Source: Lama glama
Taxonomy: Eukaryota
Reading direction: 5' to 3'
NCBI GenBank assembly: GCA_028534125.1
Contig: CM052816.1
Location: forward strand, 52,702,001 to 52,766,000
DNA length: 64,000 nucleotides
Positions 13,160 through 25,299 of the stretch are shown here, piece after piece. Each line of letters opens with the position of its first letter. Positions within the stretch are counted from its first letter, which is position 1. Both the position numbers and the translations under genes were made by a program. The notes below the pieces were generated by a model, which searched no databases, had not been told where the DNA came from, and saw only the letters and a program-made list of their open reading frames with translations.

Positions 13160-14260
13160 CTCACTTTTGAAAATGGAACCCAAACAGAAGCACGCTTCCC
13201 TCCCACAGCTGGCCCGACCTCTCCAGCAGGGACTGGGGGAGGGGGCAGGTCCCATCACCCAAAGGCCAAGAGGCTCTCCCAGCGCTCAGTCCCCTCCCCT
13301 GCGTGGCGGGAAGAGCGATGACCTTCGGCTGCTGTGCTTTCAGGGAGCAGCCAATCCCAGGAAGCCCCAATCCCAAAGGCCCAGGCCTGCTGGCCCTGCC
13401 GAGGTTCCTACCCGTCAGCCTCGGCTCTGAGGAACTCCCAGCATGAAAGGCAAATGGCTTCATCCTTCCTGCCTCGGGCCTCCCAGAAATGCACCCCCAG
13501 GGAACAAGAATCCGCCCCACTCGGCTCTGCAGCTGATCCGGAATCAGCCAGATTCCTCCTCCGCTATCACCTCCCACAGCCCCTTCGTCTCTAAATCCTG
13601 AAGCCCGGACGTCTGCTTCGGGAGCCCAAAATAAAGTCTCACCTCTTTTGATGTTCAAACCGCATCAGCCTGGGATGAGCAGAATAGCCAGTCTGCCACG
13701 TGGGGTCTCCCTACACTTCTGGGAATCCCCAAAAGATAGAGCCTGGTGGGCGCTGGTCACTCCATCTGCCCGTGTGGCTCCATCGCTGCAGTCCGAGCCC
13801 CGGGCTCACCTCACACTCTGTAACTCATTTCTCCGGGATGAGCTTGTTCAAACGAACAGACTCACTGCAAGGAGGCCGGTGACACTTCCCCCACCCCATC
13901 CTTGATCCCACACAATTGTCCTCCCCAGGCTAGGACCAGGGGTAGTGCTTCCAGAATGTTTGGAGACTAAGAAAAGCAGATCACTGTGTTCCTCCTGGGG
14001 CTCGAAGTCCCCAAAACCCCAACCTCAAGGCCATGGATAGCTTCCAACGGGCTCCCCGATCTCAACAAGAATCTTTAGATCAACATTGCGTCTAGATCCC
14101 CCAACACCCCTCTCCAGAGAGCGGGAGTGCCGTCCCCTTCTCCTGGCTTATGCAGCCCCGGACCGACTGGCCCTGGGAACCTCCATTTCCTTCAAGATAA
14201 ACCCAATCTCTGATTCCCCAGGGCCCAGATAAGGCAACTGCCCTACTCAACCCTGCACTG
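13160..14260. promoter_or_regulatory. GC/CpG-enriched unique region, possible promoter or enhancer
   Basis: Visibly more CpGs than flanks; CCAAT near 13350, GC box tccgcccc near 13510, E-box cacgtg near 13697. Confidence 0.35.
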
Positions 14261-14292
14261 CCTGGGTTACACTAATTCAGGCGCCCCCGGGG

Positions 14293-14670
14293 TGTGGTGG
14301 GCAGAAGAGTGCTGTACTCCCCACAAAGACATACACATTTTAATCCCCAGAACTTGGTTACATGGCAAAGGGGAATTAGGGTTTCAGTTGGAATTGTTTG
14401 CCAATCAGCTGACCTTGAGATAGGGGAGATTATCTGGCACTGACAATGGAGGAAGGGCCACCAGCCAAGGAATGTGGGTGGCCTTAGAAGCAGAGAAAAG
14501 AGCTGTACGGCCTCCAGGAAGGAACACAGCCCTGCCAGCACCTTGATTTCAGCCACGTGAGAACCGTGAAGAGTTCTGACTTAAAGTGCTGTAGAATCAT
14601 AAATCTGTGTCATTGTGAGTCACTAAGCTTGTGGTAGTTCATTATGGCAGCAAACAGGAAACCAACACAT
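14293..14670 (+). mobile_element. MLT1 MaLR LTR
   Basis: tgtggtgggcagaa ... gctgaccttgagataggggagattat ... aggaacacagccctgccagcaccttgattt ... ttatggcagcaaacaggaaaccaacaca. Confidence 0.85.
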
Positions 14671-15039
14671 AGAGGATACCAAGAATGCCGTCTAAATTCT
14701 AACTTCCAGAAGAAATTTTCTAACTCTTCACCACTTAGCATCGAAACCTGCAGATGTCACATCCAGATTTATGAAGCCTTCACCATTTGTTTCAAGAACA
14801 ACGTGCTTTACTTTGGTGTAGACAGTTTATCCTGGTGGTTCCCTTGAAAACAAGAGAGACTGTTCCAAAGTTTAAAGTGTCCATCTCCAGATACCCAAAT
14901 GGCAGTTCTCTTTGACAACAATCCCCAGATGGCAAGTCCCTTTCTAAAATAATACAGACTTTAAGTTCCTCTTCTCCAGGCGCCTGGATCATAAATCACA
15001 GATATCTCTCCAAGTCATCCTCCCCCCATTTCAACTGCT

Positions 15040-15260
15040 GTGAGTGAGTCTGAGGCCAGCTCTATCACTTGCTTGAAAAACTGTAACAGCCCCGCACCCC
15101 CCATTCCATTTCTCAGCACTGTGATGGAGGGATCTTTCTAGAGTCTGATCATCCTCCTGTTTCTGAACAGTCAATGGCTCCCCATTGCTCTCAGGATAAA
15201 GCACATGGCCTCCAAGCACATGATCAGCCCCTGCCTGCTTCTGGCCTGATTTCCAGCACA
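15040..15260 (+). mobile_element. LINE-2 fragment
   Basis: caatggctccccattgctctcaggataaag L2 motif. Confidence 0.55.
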
Positions 15261-15380
15261 TGTTGAACTAGCACAAGGGTGGCTCTATCAAATATGTAGT
15301 CACAGAGCACTGAGTGTCAAGCTATGGAACAGACAGAGCCATAGTTTTGTGCAGTCAAGCCTGTAGGACATAGCTGTGGC

Positions 15381-15814
15381 TGTTATGGTTTGAATTGTGT
15401 TTTCCCCAGATTCATATCTTGAAGTCCCAGCTTCCAGTACCTCAGTATGTGACTTTAGTTGGAAATAGGGTTTTTGCAGCTGTAATTAGTTAAGATGAGG
15501 TCATACTGGGGAAGGGTGGGCCCCTGTTTCAACATGACTGGTATTCTTATAAAAAAGGGAAATTGGCTGTGAGCACACTCAGAGGGAGCCCGCCATGTGA
15601 AGACTGGAGGTACGTGGCCAGGAGCCAAGGAACCACGAGCAGCCAGGACACAGATCTGGAGCAGACTCTTCCCTGGCACCATCCAGGGAAGCGTGGCCCA
15701 GATGACACCTTGACTGGGAATTCTAATCTCTAGGATTACGAGGCAATGAACTTCTGTTGCTCAAAGCCACTCAGGTGGTGACATTTTATCACAACCACCC
15801 TAGGAAGCTAACAC
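15381..15814 (+). mobile_element. MLT1 MaLR LTR
   Basis: tgttatggtttgaattgtg ... ggaaatagggtttttgcag ... gttaagatgaggtcatactgg ... ggaagctaacaca. Confidence 0.88.
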
Positions 15815-16985
15815 AGGGCCCCATCGTTTTCTCAGCCACCAGTGCTCAAGGTTCTCTGCGTGGAAATGTGTACACACAGCAGGGCTCTGAGAGGGGAGAA
15901 GCTCGCATTGTCAAAGGTCCACGAAGTTCATTGCAGTGAAAACCGAGAGGTCCCTGCCCTTTACTCTCTCACTGCTTCTCAGCCTCGTGGAAACCAGTGG
16001 CTAAGAAGAACTCATTAGAGAGCATTAGTCAGCTGGCCTTCAGTGGGTTGGTTTTGTTCTCTTCCTTAGAGATAATGAGGACTCAAGAGCAACTCAGTAT
16101 TCTTGAAACATCAAACGTTCCAGTGAGATCAAAGCATAGCTTTAATCTCTTTCCTTTGCTCCCATTTCTTACTTCCACATGGTTTCCCCCAATCCTCGTG
16201 TTCTCTTAATTAAAGCCAAAATGGACGTGACTCTTCAGTCCCAGTTAATAAGAGGCAAGGCCAACTTGGTGAGTCTGGGCTCCGGAAACTTCCCCAAGCA
16301 GGATGTACACGTGAGAAAAGATTGTGTGGGTGGTGGGGGTGGGAATGGTCAACACAAGCAGCCACCATCCCCCTCTGGCAGGTTGACTGGCTTCTGTGTG
16401 GGACCCTGGAGACTCATTCTCAGGTAGGCTCCACCATCCCTGGGCAGGAATGAGCCCAACTGGGCACCGAGGCCCTACTCTCAGGGGGCAAGGCTGCAAC
16501 ACGGGGCCAGGAAGTGGGCTGGGGACTCGTGTCAGATCTGCTCCTGGGGCCCAAGCCCTGAGGATCATCTCTAGGTGGAGAAGTGCCCATAGGTGAGGGT
16601 AAGGAGGTGGAAATCAGGCTTGGGGAAAAGGAGGAGGAAAGGGAGAAAGGAGAAAAAAAAAGGGGAGGGAAGGATTAAAGGGAGGGAGGGAGAGACGAAA
16701 GAAAATGGCACCAGAGATGACAGAGGAAGAGCCTGTGTCCTGTGACCAGGCCCTGCAGGAGCCTCAGTCCAGTCCGTGTCAGCTTGGCCACCCAGAGGTG
16801 GGCTTGTGCCCCACGCAAGGCTGGCTTTCAATGTAGGAGAACCAGGCAGTAAAGGCTTCTGTAAAAGCCACCCTACCCCCCAAATGTCTTCCCCATAAAT
16901 GTGATGTTTGCCTCAACTGCCTTTGCCATTTGTCCCTGTCGATGAAATCTCTGTCTTGGAGCAAATAATTAAAGCTAAGACTTCT

Positions 16986-17099
16986 TGGGGGGGGGCGGAA
17001 TTAGGTTTATTAATTTTTTTAATGGAACTACTGGGGATTGAACCTGGGACCTGGTTCATGCTAAGGATATGCTCTTCTGCTGAGCTATACCCTGCCCTC
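16986..17099 (-). mobile_element. tRNA-derived camelid-type SINE (Vic-1-like) with 15-bp TSD
   Basis: Reverse strand reads gggtatagctcagcagaagagc...ccaggttcaatcccc (Pol III A and B boxes); aaagctaagacttct duplicated at 16971-16985 and 17100-17114. Confidence 0.88.
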
Positions 17100-17114
17100 A
17101 AAGCTAAGACTTCT

Positions 17115-17345
17115 CGAATGTCTACATGTTCTAGGCACTGTTCTAAGTGTTGTTGGTGTATTAGCTGATTTAATCTGTATAACAGCTTCCTGAGTTAAGT
17201 ACCATTATGGTCGTCATCATCTCCACATTTCAGATGAGGAGACTGAGGCACAAAGTGGTGGAGTAACCTACCCAAGGTCATCAAGCTGGTAAGTGGTAGA
17301 GCCAGGATTTGAACCCAGTCTGGCCGGCTCCAGAGTCCACACTTT
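17115..17345 (-). mobile_element. MIR SINE
   Basis: cattttcagatgaggagactgaggcaca-like core, ccaaggtca and gagccaggatttgaacccag. Confidence 0.85.
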
Positions 17346-17889
17346 TCCCATGGAACTACACTGATTCTCAAAATGAAAACCACCAGGAGCCCTACCACCA
17401 TGGCTTTCAAGGCCATGTGTTGCTCCCTACTTGGAGTTTTTTTAGGATGAGAGGTTATTTTGAAGATAATTAATGAGAAACATTTGGAACCATGGCCTCT
17501 GAGCACCCCTTTGTAGTCCGCCAGCTGGGGTCACTAACAATGAGTGTCCACACTCTCGTGCCTACCCGCCTCCCCACCACTCCTGAGCTGTGACTGGAAG
17601 GCAACAGGCAGATTCCACAATCGTAAAACTCGGTCTCATCACCTTGTAATACGGTGTGTAAAAGCAGGTCACCAGGCCGGCAAAGCTGTTCCATCAAGGA
17701 CCATTACTTAATTTTTGGAAGCCAAATGACAACACTGGATGATACAAAAACAAGTCTGCCTGTCTTTTGAGTTTACTGACACTTTCCTCTCAGGAAAAAC
17801 ACAAGCTAAGCCTCTAAAGGCAGTGAGATTATGTAATAGTATTATTACCCAAAACAACAACAACCATCACAAAAATAGTCCTCTCTTGG

Positions 17890-18115
17890 ACAACTTTTAT
17901 GCATCAGAATAGCAGGCTAGATCTGGAAATTATCTTTTCATTTTACAGTTGAGAGCACTGAGGCACAGAAGGAATACGGGGTTAAATGAGTTACTCAAGG
18001 TCAGATATATCAGTAGTTTTTAATTCTAACCATACATCAAAATCATCTAAGAAGCTTCTAAGTACACAGCTACTTGGGAACCACGCCAGACCTGCTTAGT
18101 CAGGACCTCAGGCAG
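17890..18115. mobile_element. MIR fragment followed by MER5-type hAT MITE fragment
   Basis: ttttacagttgagagcactgaggcacaga, then cagtagtttttaa...catcaaaatcatct. Confidence 0.5.
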
Positions 18116-19129
18116 GTGGCATCAAAGGGCAGCTGTACAGGCTGACTAGCGAAAAGAAAGAGTAGACAAGTGTCCTGACCCCACACGACACTCTCTCCCC
18201 TACCTGCTGTTGTCTACTTGCCCACTCTTCTTTGTTATTCCCAGGATGTGTAAAAGAAAAAGACAGACAGGCAGTCATCTCTGTTTCATACACACACACA
18301 AAACCTGTAAACGACGTTTCCCATACATGCATGGCCCCTACCTCTATTTTGGTACTTAGTGTGTTAAAAGTATTCCCTGACCCTGGGCCATAGTGATGTT
18401 TGACAAGGAAGTGACTTCACTTTTTAAAGTTTTATATATCCAGATAATAAGCTCAGTTCCCAGTACAAAATAGATGTTCAATAAATGCTTTTATACAAAG
18501 GAGTAGAAAGGAGGATGTGGGGGGAATTGCTTAGTATGGAAGTAATAGGAATAATTAGAATCTTTTACTTCCTGAGGCCCAAGATATCTTGAGAATAAGT
18601 ATTTCTCTCTGTGACAGAAAAGGACATGCATCAGAATTACACAGAGGACCATCAGGAAATCTTGGTCAATGGCACAGATTGAACCAAGGTGTAAAGTTTC
18701 TCATTATGCTCCAAGCTCATATTAATTCTGGATAAAATGAAGCAACAACAAGATGTTACTGTTGTTGTCATCATTATTGCCATCATTTCATAGCCAAACT
18801 CACAACAAAGCAAGGAAAATTCCCAGGTCCCAGGAAAGAAATCGAAATTCGAATCCATAAAGTTGAGCAGGTGCTAAAAGCAAATTGTCCATGGGGACAT
18901 CAGAACCAGGTGCTGGCAGAGAAGATGCATTTTAAGATCCATGGGAACAGAATTAGGCTTCACGCCAGCAGGTGGTAAGAAGAAGAAACTGACCTCTTTG
19001 AATAAAGCTAAAAGCCAGAAAGAGCTGTTCCTTCCATGAAATGAGGACTCGAAAACTCTGCCCACTGGTCTAAGGAACAGCAGGAAGCTGACCATCTGCC
19101 CAATGTCGTGGGTGGTGAGAGAGGAGACC

Positions 19130-22100
19130 TCTAGAAATCAAACTTCCAAAACTGTACCATGTGTAGGTGTTAGTCAGAATTTCTCCAAAGTATAACTAAA
19201 GGAAGTTATAGTCAAAAAATAAACATGAAAAGTCTCCAGGGATGAGCCCCACAAGGCAAATGTGAACCAAGTGACACAGACGCCCGCACAATACAGGTTC
19301 AAAGAGTCCACAGCAGACTCCACCTACTGAAGATGAGCGCGTGGTAAATAGGTCTAACTTCATGACAAAAGGAACTATCTTGAAATGTAGTCAACGGATG
19401 AAACAGTTGTGAAAATTTGTACCCTATAAACTACAGATAATGGAATAATATTAAAAAGTTTTAAAATGAGTATGTTTAAAATATTCAAAAAGAGGAAAGG
19501 CAAAAGACATAAAGCAATATCAGAGCATTATAAAAAAGTAACATGCACAGTCAAGAAAGCAGCATTTTCTGATATTACTATATACACCTGAAAAATATAA
19601 GCAAGTAAATGGGAGACAGTAAGGGAATATAGGAAGGTGGTTAGGACAAGATCAATAGAGAAATCAATGGTCTTCCCATATAAAAGCAATAACCTCTGAG
19701 AACAGGATAACAAAAGGACCTCATCTGTAATAACCACTACATCAAAATATAAAATACCTAGGAATAAATATGAAATATTTAAGATCTATCTGAGGAAAAT
19801 TTTAGAACTACTGAGCTATGCAAAAGATGATGATAAAATGTATAGACAAACCCTATTCATGCATAGAAGATGTGATATCAAAAAATGTGAATTACCCGTA
19901 AGTTAATCTATTCTTGCTTATTTATTTTTCAGAAATACAACTTGAAGGAATAAGGGCCAAATTTTTTCCAAACTTCATGAAAACTATACACCCACAGATC
20001 CAAGAAGTTCAGCAAAACCCAAGCAAGTTAAAGGCAAATCACACGAAAATGCATTATAATCAAATTTCTGGAAACAAAAACAAAGATAAAATCTTACAGG
20101 CAGTTAGAACAAAACAAAACAAAACATATTACATATTGGGAAACAAAAATTTTGAATTCTACTGACTGGTCATTAGAAACAATGGACGCCAAAAGAAAAT
20201 AAAATGACATCTTTAAAATGCTGAAAGAAAAACTATTAATCTAGAATCTATATCCAGCAAAAATATTCTTTAAAAGTAAGACAAAAATAAAAACATTTTC
20301 TGGCAAACAAAAGCTATGTGAATTTACTGCCAGCAGACTTGCACTAAAAGAAATCAAAGAGGCTATTTTTCAAGCTGAAAGAAATACCAGATAGAAATTT
20401 GGATCTGTGCGCAAAGGAGTAACAGAAACTAAAATGGTAAATACTTAATATAAAGTGATTAAATATAAAATACTTATTCCTAATTTTTAAAATTTCTTTA
20501 AAAAGACGTTTGATTGTTTAAAGCAAAATAACATCAATGTATTGTGGGATTTACAACATATGTAGAGGCAAAATGTATGGCAAGGATAATATAAAGTTTG
20601 GAAGAGAGAAGTAGAAATATATAGGTGTCATATGATATAAAATTTGAAGACAGGCTGTGATAAGGAGAAGGTGGGTATTGCGAATTCTAGGATAACCACT
20701 TGGAAAATAAGTTAAAGAAAGAGCTATAGTCAAGCCAATGGAGGAGATAAAATGGAATAAAAAAATAATAAATCCAGAAGAGGAAAGGACAAGATGAAAA
20801 GAAAGAACAGAGATCAATCGGGACAAGTAGAAAACAACAGCAAACTATTATATTTAAACCCAAGTACATCAATAATTACATTAAATATAAATTGTCAAGT
20901 GCTCAAAATAAAAGTCAGAAATCAACAAACTAGATAGAGCCAACAACTGTTATCTTCAAGAAAACTCATTGTAAATACAAAAACTCAGAAAAGTTAGGCT
21001 GGGATGGGAAAAGATATACTGGGGAAATAATCCTAAGGAAACTGGAATGGCTAGATTTATAGCAGATGAAATGGATTTCAAAATAGTGATTACCGACAAA
21101 AGATAACAGACATCTGGCAATAATAAAGTGGTCAAATGCTCAAGAAGACATAATCCTACATGTGCATACATCCAAAAATAGAGCTTAAAAAAATACAAAA
21201 AGCAAAAACTAACAAAACTGAAAGAAACACAATTTGAACACTTCATTTTTGGTAACTGATATGACATGCAAATAGAAAATCAGAACCACACTTGGCCTAA
21301 TTAACGTTAACAGTTGATCCTTTAACAACATGGGTTTGAATGCATGGGTCCACTTATGTGTGAATTTTTTTTCCCAGTAAATACCTACTACAGCATCATA
21401 CGATCTACAGAAGCCTCAGATGTGCAACTGGGGATAAGGAGGGCCAACTTTAAAGTTATCCACAGATTTCTGACTGCTTGGAGGGTTGGCGTCCCCAACC
21501 TTTGTGCTGTTCAAGGGTCAACTGTCTAGACCATCATGCCCCAAAACAGCAAAGGAACATCTTTTCAAATACACAGAAAAATTCAATTTATAGTCAATGG
21601 CACTAGGCAGTAAAACAAGACTCAAGGCTTTTTAACAGGATTAAAATTATACTTAATATGTTCCATGATGATATCGGAACTAAATTAGAAATTAATAACA
21701 AAAAAGATACACTGAGAAACTCTAAATACTTAGAAATTAAACAGTGTGCTTCTAATTGGCCTATGGGTCAAAGAGGAATCACAAAGAAAATTAGAAAATA
21801 CTTTGAACTAAAGGACTATGAAGATACAACATATTAAAATTCATGGGATGCAACTAAACCAGTGCTCAGAGGGAAATCTATAGCTCTACATGGTCACATT
21901 AGAAAAGAAAAGAGTCCCAAATCAATTATCTAAGCTTTCATCTAAAGAAGCTAAAAAAGAAGAGAAAATTCAACCATAGACAGGAGAAAACAGGCTGGGG
22001 CCAGATGGAATAATTACACTGATTCGAGCTAAAATACTGGACAAAATACAAAGGCAACTGCCTGAGTGCTCTGAAAAGAAAAGCAGCAGGTTGAGAAGAG

Positions 22101-23330
22101 GAGTCCAAATTCGAATAAGCAACCAGCATAGGGGGACGTTTCCAGGGTGCCCCCACCCTATTTTGCTTGTGCCTTTCACCCAAGGGTGGGCTCTGGTCAT
22201 GGTCCCCAGGGAGTCTCCAGTCATGAAGGAAAATCAGAAGAGTTTATTGCAGACGAACTGCTCGAAAAGAAATGCTAAAGGAAGTTCTTCAGGCAGAAGG
22301 AAGATGATATCAAAGGAAAACATGGAACTTTGGGAATGAGGAAGAGCAAGAGATATGGTAAATATCTGCATTAATAACTATTTTTCCCTTTCATTTACTT
22401 AATATGTATGGCTATTAAAAGCAAAAATCGTAAGATTGGTCACATTCTCATGTACATAGATGTACTACATTTGACAGCTATAACATAAAGAAGGGAAAGG
22501 AAAAATCAATGGGGTAGCAAGGCTTCTACATTTTACTTGAAAATAAACATCCTACAGTAAAATATCACCTCTAAGTAGATTGAAAGTATCTATGTGTATA
22601 CACACACATATGTATAGTAACGTCTAAAGCACCACTAAAACTAAAAAGAAAAAAGTTTAAGTCAAAAAGCCAATAGATAAATTGAAATGGAATACTAATA
22701 ATTCAAATATAAATTAATCAGTAGTATTAAATGTTCAAATAATCTAAAAGAAGGTATGAAATAGAAAACAGAAGACAAAAACTGAGTGGAAAACAGAATT
22801 CAAGAAATCCACTTTAAACATAAAACCAGAGCTAGGTTACAAGTACAAGGATGGAGAAACATACACCGTGTTGGTGTGGCTATACTATTATCAGACGAAG
22901 TCGATTTCAGAGCAAGGACTATTTCAGAGATAAAGGGGGACATTTCAGAATAAAGAGCTCAATTCACCACGAAGATAAAACAGTCTTAACTGTGTATGCC
23001 CCTCACAACAGGGTTTCAAAATATGTGAAGGAAAAATTCAAAGGACTGAAAGGAAAAATAGACAAATCCACAATGTAATTGGAGATTTCAATACTCTTCT
23101 CTCAGTAACTGATGGAACAAGCAGACTGAAGACACCAACAGGACTATCAACAAACTTGACCTGAACGCTATTTACGTGGAACTTCACCCAACAGCAGAAT
23201 ACACATTCCTTTCAAATGCAGGTGGAACATTCACCACAATTGATCACATTCCGTGCGGAAAAACAACCTTAGCAAACGTAAAACAATTGGAAGTGAGCTC
23301 TACTCTCTGAACTGAACGGAATTAATCCAG
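19130..23330 (+). mobile_element. Cluster of old nested L1 fragments (ORF1 end, inter-ORF, ORF2 endonuclease)
   Basis: ORF 19914-20165 (FFPNFMKTIHPQIQEVQQNPS, L1 ORF1-like) and ORF 22851-23078 (SIHHEDKTVLTVYAPHNRVSKYVKEKFKGLKGKID, L1 endonuclease-like); strong A-rich strand bias. Confidence 0.85.
21311..21524 (+). mobile_element. Tigger2-derived MITE (MER8/Tigger2a-like) inserted in L1
   Basis: Terminal inverted repeats cagttgatcctttaaca ... tgttcaagggtcaactg. Confidence 0.85.
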
Positions 23331-23989
23331 CAATCAGTAACAGAAAGATATTTGGAAAATGCTAATAGCCCTCATTAGTAATCTGTTTATATGTCACTTT
23401 TCTGTTTTGTATACTTAAAAAGTCAGTGAAAATATAAACTATAACTTTAAATGTTTAAACTAGTCCAGAATGAAAGCTTGCTGAGAATTAAAATAATCAT
23501 AGCGCCTTCTTATTACTAGATTGTTCTCAGTCTCTAGTAAAACTCAAAGGAGAGAGTGGGTGGTTGGGAGGGAAGTGAAGACCCCCTCAAACTTCCAGGA
23601 GAAAAAATCTACAACAATCAAGAACATGGCAAATCTGTCAACAGCAAATGAAAATTGCAATGTAAATTGTTAAATTGTGAAGTGTAAGCCTTGGTGCTGT
23701 TCTGTGACACTTGGTAAATAGAGAAAATAAGGGAAAATTCTGAGAACTTGCTGTCCCTCCAACAGCCTCTACTTGCCCCTTCTCCCCTTGTGGCCTCCCT
23801 TCTCAGGGAGACTGGACAGTCACCAGGGTCCCCGTTTCACGAGCAATGTCGATTCAGACCATGGAGAGCATCACCTGTTTCTGCTCATAGCTCTGCTCGC
23901 TCCTCTCCCCTCAGTATAAAACACTGTGGTCAAGCTTCACCTAAACTTTGCAGCCACCACGGTGTCCAGGATGCAACTGTGAGAAGATA

Positions 23990-24155
23990 CTCAGTCCCAG
24001 CTATGGGAACTTGGGCATGCCACCTGACTGCTCAACCTTGGTTTCCTTACCTTGGAAATAAAGGTAATTAACCCACTTCCCAGGAGTTGTGAGGATGAAA
24101 TAAGATAATAGGTGTGAAAGTGCTTTGCAGGAAAAGCACCTCATAAATGATTTCT
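23990..24155 (+). mobile_element. MIR SINE
   Basis: acttgggc...gtttcctt...gttgtgaggatgaaataagataat...gtgaaagtgctttg. Confidence 0.7.
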
Positions 24156-24379
24156 TGCTGACGACACCAGTCTCAGGATCTCGAGGTGGTGCTCACTGAG
24201 GGCAGTGATCAGTTTCTTTCATCTTCCTTGAAATGGTGTGACCTGAGCCAGTGAATTATTCTATCATACTTATTAGAAGCGGGGCAGAGATGACCAGCTG
24301 ACCATCCAAATCCCAGCTCCCCCCCGCATGGTTTAGAGTTGGTGCTGGAATAGTAGCTGACCAGAAAGAAACTACATTC

Positions 24380-24705
24380 CAAGCCCCCCTGACATCCTTG
24401 TGTGGCCAAGGGTCAAGTTCTTGCCACTGGAATTTGAGTTACAACTTTCAAGAAGAAATGCTTTCTTCTTGTTCTTTTCTCCTCTTATAGCTGGCTCAAC
24501 ATGTATGAAAATGACCAGACCCAGTTCATAGGGAACCACAAGCCAGCAAGGGTCTGAGTCCCTGATCAGCCCATAAAAGAAGAGGCACCCGTCACAAGAA
24601 ATGCCTGCATGGAGCTGTTACACGAGCATGAAATAAACACCTATGATGTCTGAGCAATCATACATTGCTGGTATCTGTGATAAAGCAGTTGGCATCACCT
24701 TAACA
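24380..24705 (+). mobile_element. Old MaLR/ERVL LTR
   Basis: gggtctgagtccctga ... atgaaataaacacctat ... aaagcagttggcatcaccttaac LTR 3' motifs. Confidence 0.45.
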
Positions 24706-24719
24706 AGGAGGGTACATAA

Positions 24720-24922
24720 TGGTTCTAGGTTTAATTCCTTGCTCTGCAAAGATTTTGTGACCTTGCTCCTGGTACCTATACTTTTTATACCTCAGTTACC
24801 TCACCAGTAAAAATGTGGATAATAATTCTTGCCTCATTGGGTTGTGAAAGTTAATTGATGGAATGCATACAAGGTGCCAGTAATTATAAATGCTCAATAA
24901 ATGTTAGCCACTACTATTATTA
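24720..24922 (+). mobile_element. MIR SINE
   Basis: tgtgaccttg...cctcagtt...gtaaaaatg...tgctcaataaatgttagc. Confidence 0.7.
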
Positions 24923-25267
24923 ACAGTGTAGGATTATCAAACCTTTTTTGAAGTTTCATTCATTCATTCCCAGGAAAAAAGACTACCCCTGCAGCTTGTC
25001 TCCAGGTGACTGTGGCCATTATATGCGTATCAAATGTTTTCCAAAGAAACATCTCTAGGACCTTAGAATTTCCCCTGGACAGTTTGTATCTTTATTGAAC
25101 ATAGTTAACTAGCAAGTCTCCAAGCCAAAAGTTTAAGGCTAAGCTGATACCTGAAGAGTCACGTATATGGATTTAATTATAGTTCATGACTTGACCAACA
25201 ATTAATTCAGAAGCCCCACTCACCTGCCCTCTCCAGGGTGCGGTCAAGGATGCTGCTGCCATACAGC

Positions 25268-25299
25268 TGCAGGTCCGACTACAACCAGCAGAGGGCAGT
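25268..25299 (+). promoter_or_regulatory. CTCF-binding site (core plus upstream module)
   Basis: Core CCAGCAGAGGGCAGT (25285-25299) fits CCASYAGRKGGCRSY; tgcaggtcc (25268-25276) resembles the upstream TGCAGTACC module at appropriate spacing. Confidence 0.6.
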
